A stretch of DNA of 64,000 nt from an uncultured Bacillota bacterium (GTDB taxonomy: Bacteria; Bacillota_I; Bacilli_A; RFN20; CAG-288). The translations under genes were made by a program, and so were the position numbers. Under the pieces are notes generated by a model that ran no database searches, had not been told where the DNA came from, and saw nothing but the letters and a program-made list of their open reading frames with translations. Below, piece by piece: positions 19,089 to 29,119 of the stretch. Numbering within the stretch: position 1 is the first letter of the stretch; each line of letters starts with the position of its first letter. Location: the NCBI GenBank assembly GCA_949300365.1, contig CASGEC010000001.1, positions 86,545-150,544 of the forward strand. Reading direction: 5' to 3'.

Positions 19089-19259
19089 TAGTCCTGTGTC
19101 TTTGTCTTTGCGAAGAAGACAGTCCTTTTGCTTTCCTTTTTATACAGTTCTCTTGCCTCACAAGAGAAATTCATTTCAGAAAAAAGAAAATGCCCGATTT
19201 CTCGGGCAGAGAATCATTTTGATACGTTGGTTTGTACCAAAATGCCTGATTTCAATTGG

Positions 19260-19331
<72 letters not shown>

Positions 19332-19447
19332 ATGTAGTGCCTTTTGAGGGCACAGATAAGTATAGGGCCTATGCCCCATGAATGCAAGCCCCAAATCCGA
19401 AAGAAAAAGAAGACAAGGACTCTCCTTTGGAAGTAGAATAGAGAGCT

Positions 19448-20356
19448 ATGAAAGCACTGATCGTCATCAATGGCTATACCGACAATGGATCGCTCTTGAA
19501 GAAGGCAAAACGTCTTGTCGAGGCCTTGGAGGCCGAAAGCATCGCTGCCGACGTCAAAAAGGCAACGCATCTTCTTGTCCTTTCCCAAGGCGACAAGGGA
19601 TGTGTCCTTCCTGAGGGAAAGAAGTATGACTTCTGTCTCTATCTGGATAAGGATGCCTATCTTGCCAAGGCCCTTTCCGAGGAGATGCCTCTCTTCAATT
19701 CCTATCGTTCCCTCGTCCTTTCCGATGACAAGATGAAGACCCTCCAGGCTATCCGGAAAACGGGAATCCAAGCCCCCATGACGATATCCGCTCCGCTTTG
19801 CTATGTGGATAAACCCGATCCAACGGAAGTTTCTTTCTTTCTTCATCATGTGGAAGAAGTCCTTTCCTTCCCGATCGTCTTCAAGGCCTGCCACGGATCC
19901 TTAGGAAGACAGGTCCTTCTTCTCAAGAACGAAAAGGAGCTCTTCCAGTGCTACCAACAGAATAGCCATATCCCCCACCTCTATGAGGAATACCTCTCTT
20001 CCCATCCCGGACAGGACTATCGTCTGTTCGTCGTCGGAGAGAAAGTCATCGCCGCCATGGAAAGGAAGAACGACAAGGATTTCCGATCCAACATCGCCCT
20101 TGGCGGAAAGGGAAGGGACGTGACCAAGACAATTGCCGATTCCTACAAGGATGTCGCTATCCGCGCCTGCAAGGCCTTGGATCTTCTCTATGCCGGCATC
20201 GACATCGCTATCGGAAAGGATGGCGAGCCGATCTTCCTGGAAGCCAACGGCAATGCCTTCTTCTCGGAAATCGAAAAGGTGACCGGGATCGATGTCGCTT
20301 CCTTTGTCGTCAAGGAAGTCCTTGGAAGGCTAAAGGACAAGCGAAGTCAATCTTGA
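19448..20356 (+). CDS. ATP-grasp family ligase (RimK-like)
   Basis: 302 aa with a pre-ATP-grasp N-terminal domain. ATP-grasp motifs are present: PIVFKACHGSLGRQV, DYRLFVVG and the LEANGNA metal-binding region. Confidence 0.7.
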   Translation: MKALIVINGYTDNGSLLKKAKRLVEALEAESIAADVKKATHLLVLSQGDKGCVLPEGKKYDFCLYLDKDAYLAKALSEEMPLFNSYRSLVLSDDKMKTLQAIRKTGIQAPMTISAPLCYVDKPDPTEVSFFLHHVEEVLSFPIVFKACHGSLGRQVLLLKNEKELFQCYQQNSHIPHLYEEYLSSHPGQDYRLFVVGEKVIAAMERKNDKDFRSNIALGGKGRDVTKTIADSYKDVAIRACKALDLLYAGIDIAIGKDGEPIFLEANGNAFFSEIEKVTGIDVASFVVKEVLGRLKDKRSQS

Positions 20357-20380
20357 AAGAAGCCTTTCGGGAGGCAAGAA

Positions 20381-20893
20381 ATGAAGCTCAAGAAGTTCAA
20401 TCGTGAAGATAGCAAGAAGGAGCATGAATTCTTTCAGAACAACGATGCCTATGAAAACGGCTTCGTCAACGATTACAAGGATGTTTCCTATGGGGATTTC
20501 CTAACGCACGCGATTCCGGAGCGTCTGGATGCGGAAAAAGGAATAAACCTCAAAGAAGGTTACGTCCCCGATATCTACTACTTCCTTCTGGATGACGAGG
20601 AGCAGATCGTCGGTGTCTACAAGCTGCGCCTCAGGCTAAACGATTTCCTCAGGAACGGTCCTGGTCATGTCGGCTATATGATCGACAAGGACCATCGTCA
20701 CAGGGGCTATGGAAAAAAGGGTTTGGCCCTTCTTATCGAACTCATCAAGAAGGAAGACCTCATCAAGGAGGATGAGCTCTATTTTGAGACCCACAACGAC
20801 AACGTCTTTTCCATGCGGACGATTCTGGCCAATGGCGGCTATATCCATCATCGAAACGGCAAGTTCACCTATCTGAGAATCAAGCTTCGATAG
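20381..20893 (+). CDS. GNAT-family N-acetyltransferase
   Basis: 170 aa with acetyl-CoA binding motif A (HRHRGYGKKGLALL). GGGAGG RBS. It lies 25 nt downstream of the ATP-grasp gene. Confidence 0.75.
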   Translation: MKLKKFNREDSKKEHEFFQNNDAYENGFVNDYKDVSYGDFLTHAIPERLDAEKGINLKEGYVPDIYYFLLDDEEQIVGVYKLRLRLNDFLRNGPGHVGYMIDKDHRHRGYGKKGLALLIELIKKEDLIKEDELYFETHNDNVFSMRTILANGGYIHHRNGKFTYLRIKLR

Positions 20894-20945
20894 TTTTTCC
20901 TTCCAATCAAAAGGCCTCCCCGCCCGAAGACGGAGAGGCTGTTTT

Positions 20946-22727
20946 TTAGAGTCCTTCGACAAGCGTCTTCCTAAGCATCCTGGACCATTCGGCGCTGTGG
21001 AGTCTTTGTTCCTTGCGCTCACGGCGTCTCTTGAGGACATGTCGTCTTTCCACCTTCAGCGTGATGGCAAGAGCGACAAGGAAGACGACGGCAAGGAGGA
21101 TGACGATATAGGACCAAAGGGGGAGGGAGGTGTTCTTGACCGCTTCCCACATCATCAACAGGGAGGCGTTCTGCTGGGCACCGAAGTCGGCCATGACGGC
21201 AAGGCGCGGAAGGACGCTGCTGTCCGGGTATTGGGTGTCAAACTGCCTGTCCTTCTCCGACGCCGGGAGGCAGAAGATGGCTTCCTTGGAGGCATCGACA
21301 CCCTCGCCGAGCGTCCCTTCGAAGAAGTAGGAGATGTCTTTCTGGTAGTAGCTTTCTTCCTTCTCCTCTTCGCTTAGGGAATAGACATCATCGGGCTTGA
21401 CCAATGTCAGGCCGTCCAATGCGGAGGGATCTTCCTCACCGGTGTCCCAGTAGCGGATATCATACCAGGAGCGGACGAGGTCGAGGATTTCCTGTCCGGC
21501 GATGACGGGCGTGTAGCCGATGTAGTTCATGTTGATGGCGGCGTTGTCCGGACGGGAGAGGAAGTCGACGAACTTCGCGGCCAGTTCCGGATTCTTGGCG
21601 TTCTTGGGAATGACCCAGCCATCGAACCAGATGTTGGCTCCGGAATCGGGAAGGAGGTACTTGAGGATTGTGGGCTCAAAGCCTTCCTCGTCCTCGTGGA
21701 GGAAATTGTTCTCGTCGGCAAGATCCATGGCGAAGGCCGCATCGCCCGACCAGGCGACGTTGATGGCAAAGTACATGCCTCTGGCCATATCGGTCTTTCC
21801 GGAATCGACCTCGAAGCCGAAGGCGTTTTCCTTCAGGGCTTGGAGGTCCTTCTGGACCCTGTCGAGGGTTTCCTGGTCGTGCATGTTGAAGAGCGTGGAG
21901 ACTTTCTCGTTGTAGGTCGCATCGTCATAGGTACCATCATCATGCTTCTTCTTGAGCGTGGAGAAGCCTTCGTACTCCTTGCCATCCAGCTCGAAGTCCT
22001 GATCGTATGTCTTCATGATGCCGACGGCATAGGTATCGCGCATCGAGTCCTTGATGGCAAGAAGGTTCTGGTACTTCTCGCTCCACAGGCTTGTCCAATC
22101 GGAGAGGTCTTCCCGCATCGTGTCCTCGTCGATGCCCCGTTCCTTGACGCCGGAGAAGCCGGGATTGTAGAGGAGGCCGAGGGTTCCCCACATGTAGCCG
22201 CGGGCATAGTCGTTGACGTTGACCGTCTTTCCATCCTTGTCCTTGACCGCGATGGACTCGATCTTGGAGCGGACGAAGGGAGAGACGTATTTGTCGTAGT
22301 TGGGTGTCGAATTCTCCGGGAAGGGCTGGATGAGGTCATCGGCGATCATCTTCTGGATGACGTAGTCGGAGGGGCAGATGACGTCGTACTGGGCCTTTCC
22401 CGTCTTCAGCTCGGCAAGCATCGTCTCGTTGGTGTCGAAGACGGAGTAGTTGACCTTGACGTTGATGCCTTGTTCAAGCATCTCCTTTTCGAACAGGGTA
22501 ACAAGGCCTTGCTCCCCTTCGTCATCGGTGTCGTTGTCCCCGTTGAGATCCTCGTCTTCCTGGATGTAGTCGTCCCAGTTGTAGACGTTCAGGAGGATCG
22601 GGTCGCTTTCTTTTGCATGGAGGATCCTGGCATTCCTGTCGGCAGCCTCCTCAAGCGGAAAGACATTGGCGCCGAGAAGGAGAAGGGCCAAGGCAAAAGG
22701 AATGCACTTCAGCTTTTTCCGATTCAT
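20946..22727 (-). CDS. potD: spermidine/putrescine ABC transporter substrate-binding protein (PotD-like), with a C-terminal TM anchor
   Basis: 593 aa. It has an N-terminal signal peptide, an SBP family 1 fold with acidic insertions, and a C-terminal hydrophobic helix plus basic tail (LPLWSYIVILLAVVFLVALAITLKVERRH). It is the last gene of the pot operon. Confidence 0.75.
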   Translation of the reverse strand: MNRKKLKCIPFALALLLLGANVFPLEEAADRNARILHAKESDPILLNVYNWDDYIQEDEDLNGDNDTDDEGEQGLVTLFEKEMLEQGINVKVNYSVFDTNETMLAELKTGKAQYDVICPSDYVIQKMIADDLIQPFPENSTPNYDKYVSPFVRSKIESIAVKDKDGKTVNVNDYARGYMWGTLGLLYNPGFSGVKERGIDEDTMREDLSDWTSLWSEKYQNLLAIKDSMRDTYAVGIMKTYDQDFELDGKEYEGFSTLKKKHDDGTYDDATYNEKVSTLFNMHDQETLDRVQKDLQALKENAFGFEVDSGKTDMARGMYFAINVAWSGDAAFAMDLADENNFLHEDEEGFEPTILKYLLPDSGANIWFDGWVIPKNAKNPELAAKFVDFLSRPDNAAINMNYIGYTPVIAGQEILDLVRSWYDIRYWDTGEEDPSALDGLTLVKPDDVYSLSEEEKEESYYQKDISYFFEGTLGEGVDASKEAIFCLPASEKDRQFDTQYPDSSVLPRLAVMADFGAQQNASLLMMWEAVKNTSLPLWSYIVILLAVVFLVALAITLKVERRHVLKRRRERKEQRLHSAEWSRMLRKTLVEGL

Positions 22728-23581
22728 TTCGTTGCCCTCCTTTTGGCATGCTTTCCAAGGCCGTCCTTGTTCTTGGCATTGACCTTGATGGAATAGATGA
22801 CGACGATGGCAAGGACGATGAGGAAGATGATCGTCGTCAAGGCGCGCATCTCCGGCGGGACGGCTCCCTTCTTGATCTTGGCCTGGACAAGGGTCGACAG
22901 GGTCTCGATCTGTGCCTGACCGCTCAAGAGGCCCGGACCCCTGGTGAAGGCCGTGACGATGAAGTCATCCAGAGAGAGGGTGAAGGAGAGAAGAAGGCCA
23001 GAGAGGATACCAGGCATGATCTGCGGGACGACGACCTTGTGGAGCGCCTTTGTCGGCGAGCAGCCAAGATCCATCGCCGCTTCGTAAAGGGCAGGATCCA
23101 TCTGCTGGAGCTTCGGCTTGACGTTGAGATAGACAAAGGGCGTGGCAAGGACGCAATGTCCGGCAAGAAGCGTCCAGAAGGAGAAGAGGGAACTGCCGCC
23201 GAAGAAGTTCTGCCCGAGGAAGACGAACATGACCGTCAGGGACATGGCAAGGACGATCTCGGCATTGACGACCGGAATCTGGTTGACGTTCTCGATGAGG
23301 GTCCGGAAGCCCTTCTTGCAATAGTAGACGCCGATCGCGCCAAGGGTTCCCACGACCGTCGAGACAAGGGAAGAGATGGCTGCCAAAATCAGGGTGTTTC
23401 CAAGGGCGACCATGATCTCCTTGTTGGTGAAGAGGTCGGCATAAAGCTGCAAGGAGAAACCCTGCCACTGGCCGGCAAGCTCGGCAGCGGTGAAGGAATA
23501 GACCATCAGATAGAGGACGGGAAGATAGAGAAAAAGAAGGATGATGTAGATATAGCAATAGGAAAGAATCTTCTTTACCAT
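22724..23581 (-). CDS. potC: spermidine/putrescine ABC transporter permease (PotC-like)
   Basis: 285 aa with 6 transmembrane helices and the EAA loop (EAAMDLGCSPTKALHKVVVPQ). Confidence 0.8.
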   Translation of the reverse strand: MVKKILSYCYIYIILLFLYLPVLYLMVYSFTAAELAGQWQGFSLQLYADLFTNKEIMVALGNTLILAAISSLVSTVVGTLGAIGVYYCKKGFRTLIENVNQIPVVNAEIVLAMSLTVMFVFLGQNFFGGSSLFSFWTLLAGHCVLATPFVYLNVKPKLQQMDPALYEAAMDLGCSPTKALHKVVVPQIMPGILSGLLLSFTLSLDDFIVTAFTRGPGLLSGQAQIETLSTLVQAKIKKGAVPPEMRALTTIIFLIVLAIVVIYSIKVNAKNKDGLGKHAKRRATK

Positions 23582-24384
23582 GACGAAGCTCTCCTTTCCC
23601 CACCATCGCCCTGGAATTTATGGGTGGCAAGCATCACCAGGAAGATGATGATCAGCATCAGAAGGGACATGAAGGAACCGCCGTTCCAGTCGGAATTGGA
23701 GAAGGAGAGATAGATGGAGTTTCCAAAGAGCATGATCTTTCCCTCGCTGAGGGTATCGGAGATGACGTAGGAGGAAATGGTCGGCATGAAGACCATCATG
23801 CTCGCCGAGACAATGCCCGGCATCGCCTGCGGGATGATCGACCGTGTGAAGGTGCGGAAGGGATTGCAGCCAAGGTCCTGTGCCGCCTCGATCTGGCTGT
23901 GATCAAGCTTGAGCATCGTCGAATAGAGAGGAAGGATAGTGAAAGGAAGATAGTTGAGTACCATGCCAATCATCGTGCAGAGAAGCGGATGTTCTCCGGT
24001 CGTCGTTCCAATCGCACCCAGGATGACGGAAAGAAGGTCTCTTAGGGCACCGGTACGGAGGACGAAGTTGATCCACATCGGCATGACGAAAAGCATGACG
24101 AGCATATAGTTCTTGTTGATCTTCGGATTGGCAAGGAGGAAGGAAAGCGGGAAGGCGATGACAAGGCAGATGACGGTATTGAAGATGCCGATGAGAAGGG
24201 AGATGAGAAGGACGTTGAGCTTGACCGTCGAGGTGAAGAAGGACTTGAAGGCATCGAGGGTGAAGTAGCCGTTGCTGTCGGTGAAGGCGTAGTAGACGAT
24301 GAAGAGGATCGGGATGAGGATGAAGAGGATGAGGAAGAGCGTGAAGGGTAAGGCCAAGGCCTTGCGGAAAGATTTATATTTCAT
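23575..24384 (-). CDS. potB: spermidine/putrescine ABC transporter permease (PotB-like)
   Basis: 269 aa with 6 transmembrane helices and the EAA loop (EAAQDLGCNPFRTFTRSIIPQ). Confidence 0.8.
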   Translation of the reverse strand: MKYKSFRKALALPFTLFLILFILIPILFIVYYAFTDSNGYFTLDAFKSFFTSTVKLNVLLISLLIGIFNTVICLVIAFPLSFLLANPKINKNYMLVMLFVMPMWINFVLRTGALRDLLSVILGAIGTTTGEHPLLCTMIGMVLNYLPFTILPLYSTMLKLDHSQIEAAQDLGCNPFRTFTRSIIPQAMPGIVSASMMVFMPTISSYVISDTLSEGKIMLFGNSIYLSFSNSDWNGGSFMSLLMLIIIFLVMLATHKFQGDGGERRASSW

Positions 24385-26056
24385 AGTCTTCGATCTCTCC
24401 CTTCAGCTTCAGCTTGATATCTTCCTTGCGGACGGTAAGGCCGACGATATCGCCCGGATTGAAGGTGTAAGGCGTGGCGACGAAGAAGTCCTCCTCGTTC
24501 TCGGTGCGGACCAGGATGAGGTAGTGATCGCCCTTGTAGACGGCCGTGATGACTTCGCCGGTGATGTTGGCCTCGGAGGTATCGTCGGAAATCTGGAGCG
24601 CCCGCGGGTCGATGGTGGCGATGACATCGGCATTGGCAAAGTCGTAGCGCTTCTTGTCATAGGTGACAATGCCGTCCTCGTCGACCGTGGAAGTGGCAAA
24701 GAGGCAGGAGAGGTCGCAATCGAAGGGAGCATCATCGATATAGACGCGATGGTCCTTTCCGATGTAGCTATCGGTATAGACGTTGAGGTCGTTGGCTCTC
24801 TTCATCAAATGGATGCCATCGGGACGGATATCCAGATAGATCGGCTTTTCCTGATCGAAGTCCTTGATGGACTGGGCCAGAAGCTCGTCATGGCCGATCA
24901 TGATGACGTACTGATAGTGGATACCCTTGAAGACCTTGGCGGAAATGCGGCCCTGGATATAGTTCTCCTTGGGCGTGTCGGAAAGGTGGACATCCTCCGG
25001 ACGGACGATGACATCGACCCTTTCGTTGACGGGGAAGTCATCCAGGCAGTCATAGACGTGGTTGAGGAAGCGGACCTTCTTGGGAGCGATGACCGTCGCG
25101 TTGTAGATGTTGGAGGAACCGATGAAGTCGGCGACGAAGGCGTTCTGCGGCTCGTTGTAGATCTCTTCCGGCGTTCCGATCTGCTGGATCACGCCATCGT
25201 TCATGACGATGATCGTATCGGACATGGTCAGGGCCTCTTCCTGATCGTGGGTGACATAGATGAAGGTGATGCCAAGGCGCTTGTGCATTTCCTTGAGCTC
25301 CAACTGCATGTCTTTGCGCATCTTCAGGTCGAGGGCACCAAGAGGCTCGTCCAAAAGAAGGATAAGCGGTTCGCAGGTAATGGCTCTGGCGATGGCGACT
25401 CTTTGCTGCTGGCCACCGGAAAGGGTCGAGATATCCCTGTCTTCCAGTTCGTCGAGGTCGACGACCGAAAGGGCATGGACGACCCTGTCATCGATTTCCT
25501 GCTCGGTGAGATGGCGGAACTTGAATGCCTGGACAGGAGTCTGTAGGACTTCCTGAAGGCGGGACTGGAGTTCCTCAAGCCTCTGCTCCTTCTCTTCCTT
25601 GTTGATGATCTTGTCGTGGCGGATACGGCGGATCTGCCTCTTGAGGTCCTTGGCCTTGGCCTTGTCGACCTTCATGACAGGCTTTCCTTCCTTGTCCGTC
25701 AGGGGCATCGGGATCTTCTTGTTGCGAAGGCCGAAGGCGACGTTGTCATAGACGTCAAGATTGGGGAAGAGGGCATAGTGTTGGAAGACGGTATTGACCG
25801 GTCTTCGATAGGGCGGGATGGTCGTGATATCCTTGCCGTTGAGAAGAATATCTCCAGAAGTCGGAATTTCGAAACCGGCAATCATGCGGAGCGTCGTGGA
25901 CTTTCCGCATCCCGATGGTCCCAGAATGGTGACGAACTCACCTTTCCGGATGTTGAGGTTCATCTTGTCGATGACCGTCGTGCCATCGAAAATCTTCGTC
26001 ACGTTCTTCATCTGGATGATGAAGGAAGATTCGGACTTTCCCTGCAGCTTTTCCAT
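24374..26056 (-). CDS. potA: spermidine/putrescine ABC transporter ATP-binding protein (PotA-like) with an insertion in the NBD and a tandem TOBE-like C-terminal extension
   Basis: The ORF runs 24374-26164. GGGAGGAAACC precedes MEKLQ at 26056. Walker A GPSGCGKST, signature LSGGQQQRVAIAR, a ~70 aa charged insert before the signature, and ~230 aa of C-terminal regulatory domains. Confidence 0.85.
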   Translation of the reverse strand: MEKLQGKSESSFIIQMKNVTKIFDGTTVIDKMNLNIRKGEFVTILGPSGCGKSTTLRMIAGFEIPTSGDILLNGKDITTIPPYRRPVNTVFQHYALFPNLDVYDNVAFGLRNKKIPMPLTDKEGKPVMKVDKAKAKDLKRQIRRIRHDKIINKEEKEQRLEELQSRLQEVLQTPVQAFKFRHLTEQEIDDRVVHALSVVDLDELEDRDISTLSGGQQQRVAIARAITCEPLILLLDEPLGALDLKMRKDMQLELKEMHKRLGITFIYVTHDQEEALTMSDTIIVMNDGVIQQIGTPEEIYNEPQNAFVADFIGSSNIYNATVIAPKKVRFLNHVYDCLDDFPVNERVDVIVRPEDVHLSDTPKENYIQGRISAKVFKGIHYQYVIMIGHDELLAQSIKDFDQEKPIYLDIRPDGIHLMKRANDLNVYTDSYIGKDHRVYIDDAPFDCDLSCLFATSTVDEDGIVTYDKKRYDFANADVIATIDPRALQISDDTSEANITGEVITAVYKGDHYLILVRTENEEDFFVATPYTFNPGDIVGLTVRKEDIKLKLKGEIEDYEI

Positions 26057-26408
26057 TTGGTTTCCTCCCACTTTTTTCGTCAAAAATAAACGTCCAAAAA
26101 TATAGGGTCTACACCCCCAAAATGCAATCCTTTTTTTCAAAAAAAATCCCCCGGGGAAACGCAAACGGAGAGGCTTTCGTTAATCTTCTCAAGTCTGAAA
26201 TCGAAAAGCGTTGCCGTGAATTGTCAATTTCGCTAAAAGCGCATATGAAAAAACCTTTTGAAGAGATACAAAGACGGCACATAAATGTTAAAAAAGTTTT
26301 TTTGCTTGGAAATCGCCGAAAATCGATAAGAGAAATCCATTGAAAAACATTGGCGCTTTTCTTCGCGGAATCTGCTATGATTCTTCTGCTAGTTACGGAG
26401 GTAGGAAA

Positions 26409-27080
26409 ATGGACGGAAACAAATACCAGGCATTCGTCTTCGACATGGACGGAACGATCGTCTGCTCCATCGAGGATATCGGTGACGCAGTCAACTATTC
26501 CTTGGCTTATCACCATCTTCCAACGCATGCCATGTCGGACTATCCGGCCTTCCTCGGAAACGGTTCGGTGAAGCTGATCCAGAGGGCCTTGGGAAAGGAA
26601 CATCAGGACGCTTTCCAGAAGGTCTTCGATACCTATTATGACTATTATCTCAAGCACTATTGTGTCAAGACGCATCCCTATGAAGGCATAGTGGAGAGTC
26701 TTACCTATGCCAAGAAGAAAGGAATCCGTCTATTTGTCTATACCAACAAGCCGGAGAAAATCGCCCTTGAGGTTGCCGATCACTGCTTCGGAAAAGGCTT
26801 CTTCGACAAGATCGTCGGCATTCCTCTCGGTGGCAAGGTCAAACCCGACCCGGAGGCCTTCAACGAGCAGGTGATGAAACCCTATCATCTCGATCCGAAG
26901 GATTGTGCCTACTTCGGCGATTCCGTCACCGATATCCTGACAGCCAAAAACCTCGGCATCACGCATATGTATTCCGTCTCCTGGGGATTCATGGCAAGAG
27001 AAAGGCTTCTTGAAGAAAAGCCCTATCGTCTTCTTGACAAACCCACGGAAATCAAGGACGTCGCCATGGGGACGATTTAG
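26409..27080 (+). CDS. HAD-superfamily hydrolase (phosphoglycolate phosphatase/PpaX-like, subfamily IA)
   Basis: Motif I FVFDMDGTI, motif II TNK, motif III/IV K...GDSVTD. Start at M24 of ORF 26340-27080. Confidence 0.75.
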   Translation: MDGNKYQAFVFDMDGTIVCSIEDIGDAVNYSLAYHHLPTHAMSDYPAFLGNGSVKLIQRALGKEHQDAFQKVFDTYYDYYLKHYCVKTHPYEGIVESLTYAKKKGIRLFVYTNKPEKIALEVADHCFGKGFFDKIVGIPLGGKVKPDPEAFNEQVMKPYHLDPKDCAYFGDSVTDILTAKNLGITHMYSVSWGFMARERLLEEKPYRLLDKPTEIKDVAMGTI

Positions 27081-27085
27081 GCTTT

Positions 27086-29119
27086 TCACTGAAGGTCCGA
27101 AAGGCTTGGCGCTTGGCCGAGCCATTTTCTTTGCACGGTATCCAAAGGAACAAAGCGATAGGGATGGAAACCCGTGATGTTGCTTGCTGCCCGCAGCATG
27201 GCGATCTTCATCGCTTGGTATTTGCCGATGGGGCTGGAGTTGAAGTCATCGACGGGATCCTGCTTCAAATCCAGGGAATAGAGGTAGGGATCGAGGGAGA
27301 AGGATTCTCCGAAGAGGCTCGTTAGGCTGTCTGAGAGGACGACATCGCTTTCGTTGTAGCCACCGCCATTGAAGAAAATCGGGAGATTGAGGTAATTCGT
27401 ATCCTCTTTTTTGGTTAGGACATGGGACTGCTGTTCCTTGATCATCTTCTTCAAGGGCAAATAGTCATCCTCGGTGACGAAGACGGAAAAGCCATCGCCC
27501 AGTCCGCCGTGGGCAAGGATCAGTGCCGCGATGTTTTCCAAAAGCAGGGACTCGAAGGAAAGGTCATCGTATTTCTTCCAATCATAGAAACGGGTATCGC
27601 CATCGACCTCCACCAGGACAGGGTAGGAAGTCCGTGCCATGTTGGAAGGCTGCACATCGCCAAAGTACATGCCCGTGATCAAGGAGAGCAGGGAGGTAAT
27701 GTTGGAATAGAGGAAGCTTCCTTGCGGGATGGTGTCCAAGAAGATGGCGGAAATGCCGGAGTTATAGAAGAAGCAGTCCTTGATGGACATCGAGCCTTTG
27801 TAGACCTTCTTTCCGGAAGCATCAAGGAAACCTTCCGTGTTGGTCAGGCTTTCGGCAATCGTATCAATGGCTGAGGCATAGTCTTCCTTGTCGTAAGAGC
27901 CTTCCTCCACACCGACGAATTCGTTAGCCTGCGTGTTGTAGATCGCCCCATGGGAGAGCAGGGAGTCGGCCCTGTAATCGAATTTGTCCAAGTCCGCAAG
28001 TGTCTGCGGGGCGAGATATTCTTTCGCCGTTGTCTTGTGCTTGACGCCGTTTCCATCCTCGTAGATGACTTCCTTGTTACCGTCGACCTCGTTGAACTCA
28101 TTGCTTCCGGTCTTGACGAGGAATTCCATGGCGTTCTGCAAAAGGCAGTTTTCCACTGTCAGGTCCAGACTGGAGTAGCTCCTGAGGACGTTCCTTCCTT
28201 TTTCGATGACGGAATCCTTGATCTGGATGCCATTGCCGTTTATCTCCATGACAGTCCCCGTATAGGCGAGATTGGAGAGGTTTCCGGCGATGTTGTCGGC
28301 ATTGGCAAAATGGACATCCTCAAGGGTGATGTCGTCTCCTTCCACATAGAAGCCGATGTTGTCCTGGCCATAGAGGGCGAAGATGGGAAGGCCGCTATTC
28401 GTGATTGTGGTTCCGGGCGTGTTCGGGTCTCCAAGGCTGACATAAAGAAGCGGGCCGCGGTAGAGGTCGTTTTCTCCCAGGATGGCATTTGTCGTCTTGT
28501 TTCCGAGGCTGTCGGTGATGGTCTGCTCCTGGGAAGGGTAGCAGAGATCATGAAGGTTGATCTCAAAGCCATTGCCATAGAAATCCTTTTGGATATGGAC
28601 GGCAGCATGGCGGAGAAGGGAGACGGGGGTCTCGGGCTTCTTTTCGTTCCATAGGTCGAGATAGGTGTGGTCGTATGTGGTTTCGAAAGAATAGAGATCC
28701 GAATTCCGGAAAGGCCTGAATGTATTGCCATCCTTTTGGCCAAAGAGGGAGACGTTTTCACTCGATGAAGTGAGATTTCCAGCCTTATCTTGCTTCATTG
28801 ATCCATCGGCATTCATTTGATAGGCTCTATCGAAGTTGAGAAGGTTTTTCCTTAGGACAACAGGGATGCCGGTTGCGGAATCATTTGTTGCCGCCATCAA
28901 GTCCTCATAGTCGTAGACGTTCATGGCCTCCTCGATATCAAATGTGAGCGCCCCGTTCCCTCGGGAAGAAACAGGATTGACGAAGGTGATGGAAGCCTTT
29001 CCTTCCTCAAGGAGCGTGATTTCATGATTGGCAAGATCGACTTCCACATTCTCGCTGCTTTCGACCTGTATCTCGCTTTCCTTGAAGCTTGTCGTTCCGA
29101 AAATATCGATATCAAACAT
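27086..29119 (-). CDS. large hypothetical protein with predicted right-handed parallel beta-helix (pectin-lyase-like) repeats
   Basis: 677 aa. Repeated N-x-x-I/V-x-N-type rungs (VENCLLQN, IKDSVIEKG, IKDCFFYNSG). No signal peptide. The start ATG overlaps the stop of the upstream gene (TGATG). Confidence 0.55.
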   Translation of the reverse strand: MFDIDIFGTTSFKESEIQVESSENVEVDLANHEITLLEEGKASITFVNPVSSRGNGALTFDIEEAMNVYDYEDLMAATNDSATGIPVVLRKNLLNFDRAYQMNADGSMKQDKAGNLTSSSENVSLFGQKDGNTFRPFRNSDLYSFETTYDHTYLDLWNEKKPETPVSLLRHAAVHIQKDFYGNGFEINLHDLCYPSQEQTITDSLGNKTTNAILGENDLYRGPLLYVSLGDPNTPGTTITNSGLPIFALYGQDNIGFYVEGDDITLEDVHFANADNIAGNLSNLAYTGTVMEINGNGIQIKDSVIEKGRNVLRSYSSLDLTVENCLLQNAMEFLVKTGSNEFNEVDGNKEVIYEDGNGVKHKTTAKEYLAPQTLADLDKFDYRADSLLSHGAIYNTQANEFVGVEEGSYDKEDYASAIDTIAESLTNTEGFLDASGKKVYKGSMSIKDCFFYNSGISAIFLDTIPQGSFLYSNITSLLSLITGMYFGDVQPSNMARTSYPVLVEVDGDTRFYDWKKYDDLSFESLLLENIAALILAHGGLGDGFSVFVTEDDYLPLKKMIKEQQSHVLTKKEDTNYLNLPIFFNGGGYNESDVVLSDSLTSLFGESFSLDPYLYSLDLKQDPVDDFNSSPIGKYQAMKIAMLRAASNITGFHPYRFVPLDTVQRKWLGQAPSLSDLQ

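Noticed and set aside
21696-22796. 366 aa ORF antisense to potD/potC
   Set aside because: It overlaps two conserved pot genes on the other strand and has low-complexity V/G/D/E composition.
24299-25546. 415 aa ORF antisense to potA/potB
   Set aside because: Antisense to a clearly identified ABC ATPase, with no independent support.
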